This document shows positions 38,162-47,977 of a stretch of DNA of 64,000 nucleotides, in pieces. The notes below the pieces were generated by a model. The model saw only the letters and a program-made list of their open reading frames with translations. It was not told the DNA's origin and did not search any database. Where the stretch lies: assembly GCA_040879725.1 (NCBI GenBank), contig JBBDJV010000020.1, positions 9,086-73,085 on the forward strand. The letters run 5' to 3'. How positions within the stretch are numbered: the first letter of the stretch is position 1; the number at the start of each line of letters is the position of its first letter. The stretch is from Minisyncoccota bacterium (lineage in GTDB: Bacteria; Patescibacteriota; Minisyncoccia; Phycocordibacterales; GCA-2401445). Position numbers and translations under genes: made by a program.

Positions 38162-39295
38162 CTATGCAATTTTATGTATTATCTCAACAATATCTTCAAC
38201 TGTTGCTAATCGAGGATTATTCATTGCTCTTTCTGCAGAATATTCATCCAGTATAGCATTTTTCGCATCAGCGATAGAAATACCATAATCACGCAAACGT
38301 GTTGAAACCTGAATTGATTCGAAAAACGATTTAAGGGAATCAGCATAGAGAGCATTTTTGCTTCCTGTTATAAAAGAACCCATCTGCTCTACTAAATTAC
38401 GGACATACAAATAACCCCTTGGGTCACTACATGAATTAAGGGTAACTCCTAGATTAAACATAAAAACCTCGGGAAGAAATAGCGCGACAGCTTTTCCGTG
38501 CGGAATTTTATATCGAGATGTTAAGGGATATGACAGTGCATGAGCTAATGTTGTTTTCGTAATATTGATCGCCTTTCCTGCACTATGTGAACCTTGTGCA
38601 ATATTTACTAAAGCATCTTTATCTCCACCACACGCAAGGTAAAGATTTTTATACAAAAGTTTAAACGCATTTTCTGACAACAAAAGAGATTCCTTACTAG
38701 AATTCACCGACCACCACGACTCAATAGACTGACAAAAAGCGTCCACTCCGCTAGCTGCAGTCACTTCCCACGGAGATGAAAAAAGAAACTGAGGATCAAC
38801 AATTGCGTACTCCGGCAACATTTTTTTATCTGCACAAGAGTATTTTTTACCTTTAATATATAAAACGGCAAAATGGGTTGATTCGCTACCCGAACCGGCT
38901 GTTGTTGGGACCGCAATAACTGGCACAGCACTTGTTTTTTCTATACTAGCACCATAACTCACCTCTGAGATTTGCTCTGGCTTATCAGCAAACAAACTAA
39001 TCAATTTCGCCACATCAATCACACTCCCCCCACCAACTGCAATAATTACAGACGAGGTATGTTCACGATATTTCATAACACCTTTCAAGAGATCATCTTC
39101 GGAAGGGTTGATTGAAAAATCATTAAATACTTCAACTTTATAAGGAGCTACGAGCGACATGATTATTTTACGTGCACCCGATGTCTCAAAAGAATTTTTG
39201 CTCGTGACTAAAAAAATATTTTTTACCTTCTGATCTAAAAGAATTTGCGATAAGTGTTCTGTTGAATTTACACCAAAATAACTTTTTTGATTCAT
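38162..39295 (-). CDS. Phosphonoacetaldehyde reductase (iron-containing alcohol dehydrogenase, PhpC-like)
   Basis: AVGGGSVIDVAK, VPTTAGSGSE, AINITKTTLAHALSY, HG; directly follows ppd. Confidence 0.85.
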   Translation of the reverse strand: MNQKSYFGVNSTEHLSQILLDQKVKNIFLVTSKNSFETSGARKIIMSLVAPYKVEVFNDFSINPSEDDLLKGVMKYREHTSSVIIAVGGGSVIDVAKLISLFADKPEQISEVSYGASIEKTSAVPVIAVPTTAGSGSESTHFAVLYIKGKKYSCADKKMLPEYAIVDPQFLFSSPWEVTAASGVDAFCQSIESWWSVNSSKESLLLSENAFKLLYKNLYLACGGDKDALVNIAQGSHSAGKAINITKTTLAHALSYPLTSRYKIPHGKAVALFLPEVFMFNLGVTLNSCSDPRGYLYVRNLVEQMGSFITGSKNALYADSLKSFFESIQVSTRLRDYGISIADAKNAILDEYSAERAMNNPRLATVEDIVEIIHKIA

Positions 39296-39306
39296 CTTTT
39301 CAATAC

Positions 39307-40440
39307 TTATTTTTTATTGAGAAATTCCATCAAATCTTTCTTATTTTGATTGGGAGGAATTGTAGGACGACCTAAATCAGATCGTGCTCCTTTTTTAGTT
39401 CGTATTTCAATAAAAATAGGACCTGTGTTTGGTTTACTATCCTTAAAGATTTGTGAAATAGCACTATCAGTATCTGCGTAATATACTTCTTTATAACCAC
39501 ACGCTCTCGCAATTTCACAAAAATTTACAAAAAATCCAGCTGTTTTTTGACCCCCTACTGATTCATGCGCACCATTATTGAACACAATATGTACAAAATT
39601 ACTTGGATGAAATTGACCTATAGTTGCCATTCCACCCAAATGCATAATTGCAGCACCGTCACCATCAAAACAGTAAATATTTTTATTTGGCTTACTTAGT
39701 GCTAAGCCCAATGCGATTTGGGAAGCATGACCCATTGATCCAATAGTCAGAAAATCACAGGCATGACCCATAGATTTCGCATGTCGTATCTCAAACAATT
39801 CACGGGAAAGTTTTCCTGTTGTTGAAACAATCACAGAATTTTTTGGAATTTCCTCTACCACTGAAGTGAGAGCTTGTTCACGTGTAAGTGTGTATTTCTC
39901 CTCTGACTTTGGCTTTGCATGTTTCTCAGCTGAAAATGTGCCTTTGCGAACAAGCAAAGCATGAGGTCTGCATGTTTTCTTTATAGAATCCAACACAGCA
40001 AGTAACTCTTTCGCTGCTTTTTTTTCATCTGACGATAAAACGGTATGAGGTACATTAATTGCATTAAGCACTGCGGGAGTTACTTCACCCATAGTTATAT
40101 GTTGAGGTTCATCACTCACCCCAGGTTCTCCTCTCCAACCAATAAGTAGCAGTGCTGGCATACAATATACCTTCTCGTCCAGAAGCGAGGTTAGAGGGTT
40201 AACTGCATTTCCTAAACCAGAATTCTGCATATATATGAGAGGAACTTTCCCGGTCGCCAAATGATGTCCAGCAGCGATACCAAGTGCAGAGCCTTCATTC
40301 GCGGCTATGATATGTTGGGATGGGTCCAATGTTACATCTATATGCTCACAGAAATCCTTTAAGAGTGAATCCGGAACTCCGGTAAAAAGGTTTACATCAT
40401 TCTCCAAAAGCAATTTTAGAAAAAAATGGGAAGAAATCAT
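39307..40440 (-). CDS. aepY: Phosphonopyruvate decarboxylase
   Basis: FTGVPDSLLK, ANEG, YMQNSGLGNAVNPL, GWRGEPG.DEPQH, GSMGHAS, DGDGA, HESVGGQ, LGRP. Confidence 0.95.
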   Translation of the reverse strand: MISSHFFLKLLLENDVNLFTGVPDSLLKDFCEHIDVTLDPSQHIIAANEGSALGIAAGHHLATGKVPLIYMQNSGLGNAVNPLTSLLDEKVYCMPALLLIGWRGEPGVSDEPQHITMGEVTPAVLNAINVPHTVLSSDEKKAAKELLAVLDSIKKTCRPHALLVRKGTFSAEKHAKPKSEEKYTLTREQALTSVVEEIPKNSVIVSTTGKLSRELFEIRHAKSMGHACDFLTIGSMGHASQIALGLALSKPNKNIYCFDGDGAAIMHLGGMATIGQFHPSNFVHIVFNNGAHESVGGQKTAGFFVNFCEIARACGYKEVYYADTDSAISQIFKDSKPNTGPIFIEIRTKKGARSDLGRPTIPPNQNKKDLMEFLNKK

Positions 40441-40445
40441 ACAAA

Positions 40446-41783
40446 TTATTTATTCTTTTCATGATTACCTTCAATCAAGGTCAATATTTCTTTGATAGAC
40501 ATGCAATATTTTTCTGAAGCCTCCTTTGACCTTCCATTTTCTAAAATAGCACGTGCGGTGTTAACCATTGCGGGGTAAGCACTTCGAAGTAAATGATTCG
40601 CATAAATAACTATCCTGAAGCCCATTTTCTCTAAATCTGTCTCGTTAAGATGGTTATATGTTGTAGGGACCGCAACAAGTGGAGTGTTGCTTCCAAACTC
40701 CTTATATTTCTTACAAAACTCTTCTATTTCATCAATTTTTTTATCTTTACTATGTATCATTATTCCATCAGCTCCAGCAGCTATATACGCCTTCGCACGC
40801 TTAAGAGCATCATCTACACCTTTACCTAAAATCAAACTTTCAATACGAGCAATGATCATGAAATCTTCAGAAATACGAGCATTCCGACCCACAGCGAGCT
40901 TCTCACAGAAATTTTTTATACTTTCCAATTCCTGTTTAACAGCAGTACCAAACAAGGAATTTCTCTTCAAACCTTTTTTATCTTCAATAATAACCGCAGA
41001 CACGCCCAGCCGTTCAAGTGTTTTTACTGTATAAGGAAAATGCTCAACTAAGCCACCTGTATCGCCATCGTAAATTACAGGCTTGGTAGTAATTTCCAAA
41101 ATATCATGCAGTGTACCAATACGAGATGTTAGATCTACCAATTCAATATCAGGCTTGCCTTTCATAGTCGAATCAGTAAGGCTACTTAACCACATAAAAT
41201 CAAATTCTCTCACAACACCCTTTTTCTCAATCTGCGTATGTTCAGCTATAAGTGCCGATAAACCACTATGAGCTTCAATACCTTTTACTATTGCCTTTGC
41301 GTCTAACAACCGTCTCAATCTTGATATCCTAACACTTGGTGTAACACCAACTTCTTTTAATGCCTTATTGAGCAATGATGACGAAATACCTTCAGTATAA
41401 TTTGGCTCAACCAATACCCCACCCCATTCTTTTAGTAACTTAACAACCTGTGCACGCACCTCTTTTTGAATCCCCTTTTTCCAATCATCACCATGCACAA
41501 CAACATCAGGTTTAACCTTTCTTAAATTTGAAGAATAGTCGAGTGTTTCTTGAGGGATCACTTCACTGACACCAACTATACTCGAAACAATCTCCTTCCT
41601 CTGTTCATATGATAAAAAAGGTAGTCTTTTGTAGCTTGCGATAGCTTTGTCTGTAAGTAGGCCGACAATAACTCTCCCATGTTTTGCACCCTCACGAATA
41701 ATTTTTAAATGGCCAGGATGTATTAAATCAGCACTCATTCCTATGTATACTATCTTTTCTCCCTTTTGTTTTATTTTATTCAT
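40446..41783 (-). CDS. aepX: Phosphoenolpyruvate mutase with N-terminal HxGH cytidylyltransferase domain
   Basis: ADLIHPGH and HGDDW in the N-domain; [10 protein letters not shown] fits the PepM-specific EDKxxxxxNS motif; IYANH. Confidence 0.95.
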   Translation of the reverse strand: MNKIKQKGEKIVYIGMSADLIHPGHLKIIREGAKHGRVIVGLLTDKAIASYKRLPFLSYEQRKEIVSSIVGVSEVIPQETLDYSSNLRKVKPDVVVHGDDWKKGIQKEVRAQVVKLLKEWGGVLVEPNYTEGISSSLLNKALKEVGVTPSVRISRLRRLLDAKAIVKGIEAHSGLSALIAEHTQIEKKGVVREFDFMWLSSLTDSTMKGKPDIELVDLTSRIGTLHDILEITTKPVIYDGDTGGLVEHFPYTVKTLERLGVSAVIIEDKKGLKRNSLFGTAVKQELESIKNFCEKLAVGRNARISEDFMIIARIESLILGKGVDDALKRAKAYIAAGADGIMIHSKDKKIDEIEEFCKKYKEFGSNTPLVAVPTTYNHLNETDLEKMGFRIVIYANHLLRSAYPAMVNTARAILENGRSKEASEKYCMSIKEILTLIEGNHEKNK

Positions 41784-41877
41784 ATAATAGTATAGAATAC
41801 TTGTTTGTAAAGCTTGTACTAGAAACTAAGCATATCATTTACATGAAAATTATACAAAAACCAGTCACAGACCGCAG

Positions 41878-42657
41878 TTAGGCCATAATGTTTTTTAGTT
41901 TTTTCACATATGTAAGTGCTGAAGTCATGCGAAATATGAATTGAAAAAATGTGATACTTCTGTCTACTTGTATTCGTGGAATACGATAGACATTTGCGCC
42001 ACTGGTAACCAGCGCTTCAGTTATACAACACGCGCCACGAAAATGCCTTGCGATAACAGACTCCACTCGCTTATCCACCCTCCCAGCAGGATACGCGCAG
42101 AGTGTTGAGGTAGTTCCAGTCAATTGTGTGATGCGTTGTTTGGATGACTCAATCTCACGTACTAACTCCGAGTCAGACAATTCCGTAAAATTAGTATGAC
42201 TTTCACCGTGAACTTCAAATGTAACTACTCCTTCCTTTGCAATGCGTTGTACTCCCTCTTCTGTCGGTCGGGAAAGGTTTCCTAATTTCTCCATAGGAGC
42301 GAGATTGGTCGTGAGAAAAACAGTTGCGGGAATGCCATATTTTTTTAGCAGTGGAGCAACAAATGAAATGGTATCTTCATATCCATCATCTATTGTTATC
42401 GCCACACTCCTACGCGGAAGAATGCTCTTTCCTTCAATATGATTTACTACATCATGAAGCGAAACAGGATTCATATTACTTTTTATGTATTTCAGTTGCT
42501 GCTCGAAAGCTTTTTCTGAAACACCATATTTCCACGAAGTATTCTCGACCGAATGGTACATAAGCACCGCTATTTCTGGCCGTGCATCAAAAATACGAAA
42601 CAAACATCGTACAAGGAATGCAAAAAAATATACTATTGTTTTTATTAGTGACTGCAT
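41878..42657 (-). CDS. Polysaccharide deacetylase (CE4/NodB-like)
   Basis: LMYHSV, ITIDDGYED, PATVF, HGESH, AYPAG, IPRI. Confidence 0.9.
   Translation of the reverse strand: MQSLIKTIVYFFAFLVRCLFRIFDARPEIAVLMYHSVENTSWKYGVSEKAFEQQLKYIKSNMNPVSLHDVVNHIEGKSILPRRSVAITIDDGYEDTISFVAPLLKKYGIPATVFLTTNLAPMEKLGNLSRPTEEGVQRIAKEGVVTFEVHGESHTNFTELSDSELVREIESSKQRITQLTGTTSTLCAYPAGRVDKRVESVIARHFRGACCITEALVTSGANVYRIPRIQVDRSITFFQFIFRMTSALTYVKKLKNIMA
41900..41922. repeat. 23-bp direct repeat, right copy
   Basis: Identical to 37630-37652; lies inside the deacetylase 3' end. Confidence 0.95.
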
Positions 42658-43253
42658 ACCATTTCAAGTATTCGCTCCTCATCTTCTCCTCCTTTGATAA
42701 AGTAACAGTTCTTATACACCTCTCTACTTTCATTCATAATAATTGAATGTACTTCCAAAACCACCTTTCTCCATTGTACTTCATATTGACTTCCCATAAA
42801 TGAACGCATTCCACGTGCGCGCTTTTTTTGTCTATAAAGCACAGTTTCCCACGGAAGATCAAACATAATATGCATATCAGCTTGAGGCGCAAGCATGAGC
42901 AATTTGCGTATACGCTCGGCAGAGGGAGTACGTTCAAATAATCCTATAATCTGCTGGAGCATACCTTCATCCAACACAATATTTCCCATATTTCTACGAG
43001 CCTCTTGCCACCGTGCAATTCTATTAAACAGCACCCTTAATTTCCACTGAATAAGAAAAAGACCTCTTCCTTCAGTAAGGCAAATCCAGACACAGGTGAT
43101 TGTAAATCTACTATGATTACACAAAAAATAAAAAAAATACCAACAGCGCATAAGGATGTTCTGGTGTCGAGGCGGAGCATACCCACACGCTTCTATTGCG
43201 CGTGCAAATGTGCTTTTCCCCGAGCCCGGTAGACCATACAACTCTATAATCAT
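42645..43253 (-). CDS. P-loop kinase-like protein (thymidylate kinase-like fold)
   Basis: IELYGLPGSGKST Walker A, VLDEG, R..KRAR lid. Confidence 0.7.
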   Translation of the reverse strand: MIIELYGLPGSGKSTFARAIEACGYAPPRHQNILMRCWYFFYFLCNHSRFTITCVWICLTEGRGLFLIQWKLRVLFNRIARWQEARRNMGNIVLDEGMLQQIIGLFERTPSAERIRKLLMLAPQADMHIMFDLPWETVLYRQKKRARGMRSFMGSQYEVQWRKVVLEVHSIIMNESREVYKNCYFIKGGEDEERILEMVCSH

Positions 43254-43987
43254 CCTTTAAACGTTATTTTATACGACTCTGAAAAGAAACGAGTAATGAT
43301 ATTCATCTGCATCCACCCGAGTACAAAAAAAAGGAAACGGTCGGCAAAGGCAGAATGTAATCCTGGAAATACAAATGTTACCGGTCGCACCGAAAGTACA
43401 GAAAACCCAACCTCAGACAGTAACAACACAAAGTGTCTGTCATCAATCTGTAATGAGTGAAATTCACTCACATTCTTTTGTCTATTCCATGGACGGCGAT
43501 ACTGTGGTGTTTTGGTAATAATTGATCCTAACGAAGTGGTGTCCATTACTTCACGAACTTTTTTAACCAATGCTTCCTTGTCAGAGAAATATTCAACTGC
43601 ACGAGATGAGAAAAATACAGAAGCTTTTCTTGTTGCGGTATACTCAAGAAAATCAGAGACAATGTATTCAATACCACTTGCTCCCGACAAATTGTCTTTT
43701 GCAAGTTTTATCATCTCATCTGAAATATCAACCACCTGATAGTTCATATCGGGAAACTCATTCAAAAACTCTCTTGTCCAAGTGCCTGGACCTGGACCTA
43801 ACTCAAGATATGATTTAGGCACAGGATTTTTCTTTAGCTCAGAAATAAAATTACACACCGCATGACGAGTCATATCATAACCAGCCTTTCTCTGTGGAGT
43901 AGAAAACCAACGCTCCCTCTCGTACTCTCCTCTATACGTTCCAGGAATCATTGTATTGTATTTCCCTCGCACATCCTCATTTTTCAT
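43250..43987 (-). CDS. Class I SAM-dependent methyltransferase
   Basis: LELGPGPG, VDISDEMI. Confidence 0.85.
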   Translation of the reverse strand: MKNEDVRGKYNTMIPGTYRGEYERERWFSTPQRKAGYDMTRHAVCNFISELKKNPVPKSYLELGPGPGTWTREFLNEFPDMNYQVVDISDEMIKLAKDNLSGASGIEYIVSDFLEYTATRKASVFFSSRAVEYFSDKEALVKKVREVMDTTSLGSIITKTPQYRRPWNRQKNVSEFHSLQIDDRHFVLLLSEVGFSVLSVRPVTFVFPGLHSAFADRFLFFVLGWMQMNIITRFFSESYKITFKG

Positions 43988-44222
43988 CACTCTATTGTAT
44001 GCGAAAGACACCACTCTCGCAATTTATTCGAGTACAATGTTTATATTATTCTTTGTGCACAGTTTATTAACTTTTAACTTCAGTATTACCTGTCGATTTG
44101 ATGTTATGATTTTATTATAAGATTTGTACCTTAATAGAGTTTATTAACAAGGTTTTTGTTCTATTATCATTTAGTGAAAAATTTATGTATCCAAGTATTA
44201 ACAAACTTTTTTTATTTTCTTT

Positions 44223-46649
44223 TTGTTACTTACCATTCCGGGAAATCAAATTTATGCAGATAACACCCACTCAATTGAATTTGATGGTAGTAATGATTAC
44301 CTATACACTGCAGACAGCTCATCTCTATCAATCACCCAAGATTTAACAGCTGAAATGTGGGTTAATTTTGACTCCTTTAATACAGATCAAGGAATACTTA
44401 TTTCAAAATATGGGGGCGGTACAAATGAAAGAGCATATCAATTTGGATACTTTAAAAATACTTCTGATGGTAAACAATACTTTGAGAGTAGGATATCTGA
44501 TGATGGTACAGGAATAAACACTACAGTTGTTACACTAGAATATGATCTTGCCACAAGCACCTGGTACCACGTTTCCTTCATTTATAAATCAGCATCAGGG
44601 ACTGTTGATGTGTATCTTGCAACCACAAGTGCTGAGTCACACATACATGCAGGAACAATGTCTGGACATAAGAATTCAATTAAAGACAGCATTTCTCAAT
44701 TTAGAATTGCTTCATCTCACGGCGCAGGTAATGTGAATTATTTTGACGGAAAGATAGATGATGTAAGAATATGGAATAAAGCAAGAGAAGTGAGTAATAT
44801 TAATACCGACTTCAAATCTGAATTAGTTGGTACAGAAGCAAATCTGAAAGGATACTGGCGATTTAACGATACGCTAACTGACCAGACTGCTAATGGAAAT
44901 ACGCTTTCTGATTATGGTGGAACTATTTTTTCTGAATCAAAACCATTTCCAAACCCTCCCTCAGCAGCTACATCACCATACCCCTCTCACTCCTCAACAA
45001 CAGTTGCCACATCAACTAGCCTGTCTTGGAATCCCGGTTCAAATCTTACTCAACAAGGAATCTTTTTTGGCACATCATCTACTATTACAATAAATGACTA
45101 CCAAGGTACATACGGGACATCTACCACAAATTTTGATCCTGGAACATTATCTGCGTCTACTACCTATTACTGGAGAATTGATAGCAATAATCTAGAAGCA
45201 ACAACTACAGGAACTGTATGGGATTTTACAACTACGGCTGAACCAGAAAATACACATTCGATTGCTCTTGACGGTGTAGATGATTATCTTTCTGCACCAG
45301 ATAGCAACTCATTGTCAATAACTGGTGACCTTACTATTGAATTCTGGGTAAAATTCGACTCATTTAATATTGATGATCAAGGAATTCTTGTATCAAAGTG
45401 GGGAGATTATGGGGGAGGAAATAATCAACGTGCATATCAGTTTGGATACTACAAAACATCAGGTGGTATAGGATACTTTGACACCCTCACATCTGCAGAT
45501 GGAACCACTGTTGGCTCGGGGACTGTACAGTACGATCTGTCGACCGAAAAGTGGTACCATCTGGCATTTGTTTACACCGCCGCAAGTGGCACAGTAGACG
45601 TATATGTTGCAACCACGTCTGATTCTAACCATATATTAGCAGGAACTGTAAGTGGACACACAACATCTCTAAAGGATACTGTCTCTGATTTTCAAATTGG
45701 ATCTTCTGACGGATCTGGAAATATTGTTTATTTTGATGGCAACATGGATGAAATACGTGTATGGAATACTGCCAAATCAAAGGAGGAAATTGACTCTGAC
45801 TTTGACACAGAGTTCTTCGAAAGTATGTCTAACTTGCAAGCATACTGGAAACTGAATAATCATTACAGTGACCAGACATCAAACGATAATACGTTGTCCC
45901 AAAATAATGGAGCAAACTTCTCGACAATTGTCCCCTTTCCTGTCTCACCTAATTCCCATGCAATATCACTCAATGGAATTGACCAGTATCTTTCCGCTGT
46001 AGACAGTCACTCGCTTTCTATAACAAGTGACTTAACAGCAGAACTGTGGGTCAAATTCAATTCTTTTAACGAAGACAATCAAGGAGTACTGATATCAAAA
46101 TATGGAAACTATGGTGGTACCGACAACCAAAGATCGTATCAATTTGGTTACTACAAGGATACTTCGAAACTTGACTACAACTTCTTTAATACAAGGACAT
46201 CAACAGATGGAACCGACACAAGTGATCTAAACAGAGCGTATCCTATGGCAACGGGTACATGGTACCATCTTGCTTTTGTATATGATGCATCAGAAGGATG
46301 TGTAGATATATATCTTGCCAATGTTAATGACACTGAACATAGCTTTGTTGGTGCTGAATGCAGACATAAGACTTTACTGAAAGATACAGTGTCTTCATTC
46401 GAGATTGGTTCTTCTGATGGATCTGGCAATGTAGTATACCTTGATGGAGTTGTTGATGAAGTAAGAATATGGTCCAAAACTAGAAGTAAATCAGAGATGG
46501 ATGCTGATTATACTCTCGAATTGACGGGATCAGAAACAGATCTTGAAGCATATTGGAATTTCAACAACACACTCAGTGACATGACATCAAACGGAAATAC
46601 CTTAACAAACAATAACAGTGCAACGTTTATAACCTCTACACCATTCTAG
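44223..46649 (+). CDS. Surface protein with three LamG (concanavalin A-like) domains; signal peptide appears frameshifted
   Basis: Three repeats of S..FDG.DDYL...LT.E.WV.F...WYH.AF...FDG..DE.RIW...L..YW; Ser/Thr-rich FN3-like linker (TYYWRID). Confidence 0.88.
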   Translation: MLLTIPGNQIYADNTHSIEFDGSNDYLYTADSSSLSITQDLTAEMWVNFDSFNTDQGILISKYGGGTNERAYQFGYFKNTSDGKQYFESRISDDGTGINTTVVTLEYDLATSTWYHVSFIYKSASGTVDVYLATTSAESHIHAGTMSGHKNSIKDSISQFRIASSHGAGNVNYFDGKIDDVRIWNKAREVSNINTDFKSELVGTEANLKGYWRFNDTLTDQTANGNTLSDYGGTIFSESKPFPNPPSAATSPYPSHSSTTVATSTSLSWNPGSNLTQQGIFFGTSSTITINDYQGTYGTSTTNFDPGTLSASTTYYWRIDSNNLEATTTGTVWDFTTTAEPENTHSIALDGVDDYLSAPDSNSLSITGDLTIEFWVKFDSFNIDDQGILVSKWGDYGGGNNQRAYQFGYYKTSGGIGYFDTLTSADGTTVGSGTVQYDLSTEKWYHLAFVYTAASGTVDVYVATTSDSNHILAGTVSGHTTSLKDTVSDFQIGSSDGSGNIVYFDGNMDEIRVWNTAKSKEEIDSDFDTEFFESMSNLQAYWKLNNHYSDQTSNDNTLSQNNGANFSTIVPFPVSPNSHAISLNGIDQYLSAVDSHSLSITSDLTAELWVKFNSFNEDNQGVLISKYGNYGGTDNQRSYQFGYYKDTSKLDYNFFNTRTSTDGTDTSDLNRAYPMATGTWYHLAFVYDASEGCVDIYLANVNDTEHSFVGAECRHKTLLKDTVSSFEIGSSDGSGNVVYLDGVVDEVRIWSKTRSKSEMDADYTLELTGSETDLEAYWNFNNTLSDMTSNGNTLTNNNSATFITSTPF

Positions 46650-46681
46650 TGCAGTTGAACAGAAAATACCCTGAGAAAAGG

Positions 46682-47344
46682 TTAGAAAAACTTGGTGGGA
46701 ACTTTTACAATGCCTTTTTCTCTATCTTCATATGTCGTATATAGTTTTGGCTCACCAGTCTTTCGAAGTACATAAATAATTTCATACGCAAATCCTGGAT
46801 ACTTTAGAGGATGAAAAGCAAACTTAGTCTTCACTAATCTAAAAGAAACACCAACCTCGTTTTCAAGAGTAAAACCAACCCTATCAGCAAGAGTACGGAC
46901 ATTGTACCGTGTGAAGCTTTGAAAATGTTCTACCCATTTTGCCTTACATACACGATGCTTGAAATGATGGAAAAAGATATTCAAAACATTCTCCCAGTAG
47001 TAATTAGGATTTGGAGTAGAAAAAACAAGTACTCCGTTAGGTTTCAATACTCTATAAAGCTCAGAGAGTAGTTGAATCGGATTGGCAACATGTGCAAGAA
47101 CACACCCCATAGTTACCGCATCAAAAAAACCATCATCATACGGAATATGTCCATCATTGAGATCAACCTGTCGCACCTCTTTATAACTAGCAGGATGGTT
47201 ATCTGTAACAATATCTATTCCATATATTTCCCCTCCCTTCAAATATAGACTTGGATTCTGTGCATACCCAACATCAAGAACCTTTTCGGCATCTGGATAT
47301 ACGGCATATAATGTTTCAGCAATTAACTGACCTTTGCTTTTCAT
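46682..47344 (-). CDS. Class I SAM-dependent methyltransferase
   Basis: VLDVG, GIDI, IPYDDGFFD, RVLKPNG..STPN. Confidence 0.85.
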   Translation of the reverse strand: MKSKGQLIAETLYAVYPDAEKVLDVGYAQNPSLYLKGGEIYGIDIVTDNHPASYKEVRQVDLNDGHIPYDDGFFDAVTMGCVLAHVANPIQLLSELYRVLKPNGVLVFSTPNPNYYWENVLNIFFHHFKHRVCKAKWVEHFQSFTRYNVRTLADRVGFTLENEVGVSFRLVKTKFAFHPLKYPGFAYEIIYVLRKTGEPKLYTTYEDREKGIVKVPTKFF

Positions 47345-47356
47345 GTGACAAGTATA

Positions 47357-47977
47357 CTACTTCTTCTCCAAAACAAAAAAGTGATGGTACTGATACCCAA
47401 ACGGCACAAAATGTTTTTTGATTGCTCCGTATTTTTTTAAGAGTGTTAGCAAGCGTTCTACTGAATACCCTTTCTTTCCTAATTCCCAGTAATGTTCACC
47501 ATTAAATGTGTGCTCTTTCGGATGTGGTATACGGAATGCAACAGCTATCTCTTTTACTAGTGGTATTTTGAGTAAAAACTTCAGTGGATGACTGAAGTGC
47601 GGAACACTCACTACAATACCCTTTTTTGATACACGCACCATCTCCCGAATAGCACCTTCCACCTGCTCAAATGGAATATGCTCCAGCACCTCAAATGCAC
47701 AGACTACATCAAATGTAGTATCGCCAAATGGAAGTGGCTTCGTAATATCTCCGACTATATCCGGGTGTAAGTCCTCCGCAGTATCGAAAGAAGTGTAGGA
47801 AATCGTTGTGTTATTTTTTATGTATGAACCAAATACCTTATCACCAACGCCTATTTCAAGAATTGAAGAAGGATTGCATAGAAGTACTTCTTTGAGCTGG
47901 TGATGATAACTCACCCACCTACCGACGTGTCCATACTTTTCAAAATTATAATGCTCCTTTTCAACCTGTGTTGTCAT
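47357..47977 (-). CDS. Class I SAM-dependent methyltransferase
   Basis: ILEIGVG, LPF.D.TFD, FEVLEH, HYWE. Confidence 0.87.
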   Translation of the reverse strand: MTTQVEKEHYNFEKYGHVGRWVSYHHQLKEVLLCNPSSILEIGVGDKVFGSYIKNNTTISYTSFDTAEDLHPDIVGDITKPLPFGDTTFDVVCAFEVLEHIPFEQVEGAIREMVRVSKKGIVVSVPHFSHPLKFLLKIPLVKEIAVAFRIPHPKEHTFNGEHYWELGKKGYSVERLLTLLKKYGAIKKHFVPFGYQYHHFFVLEKK

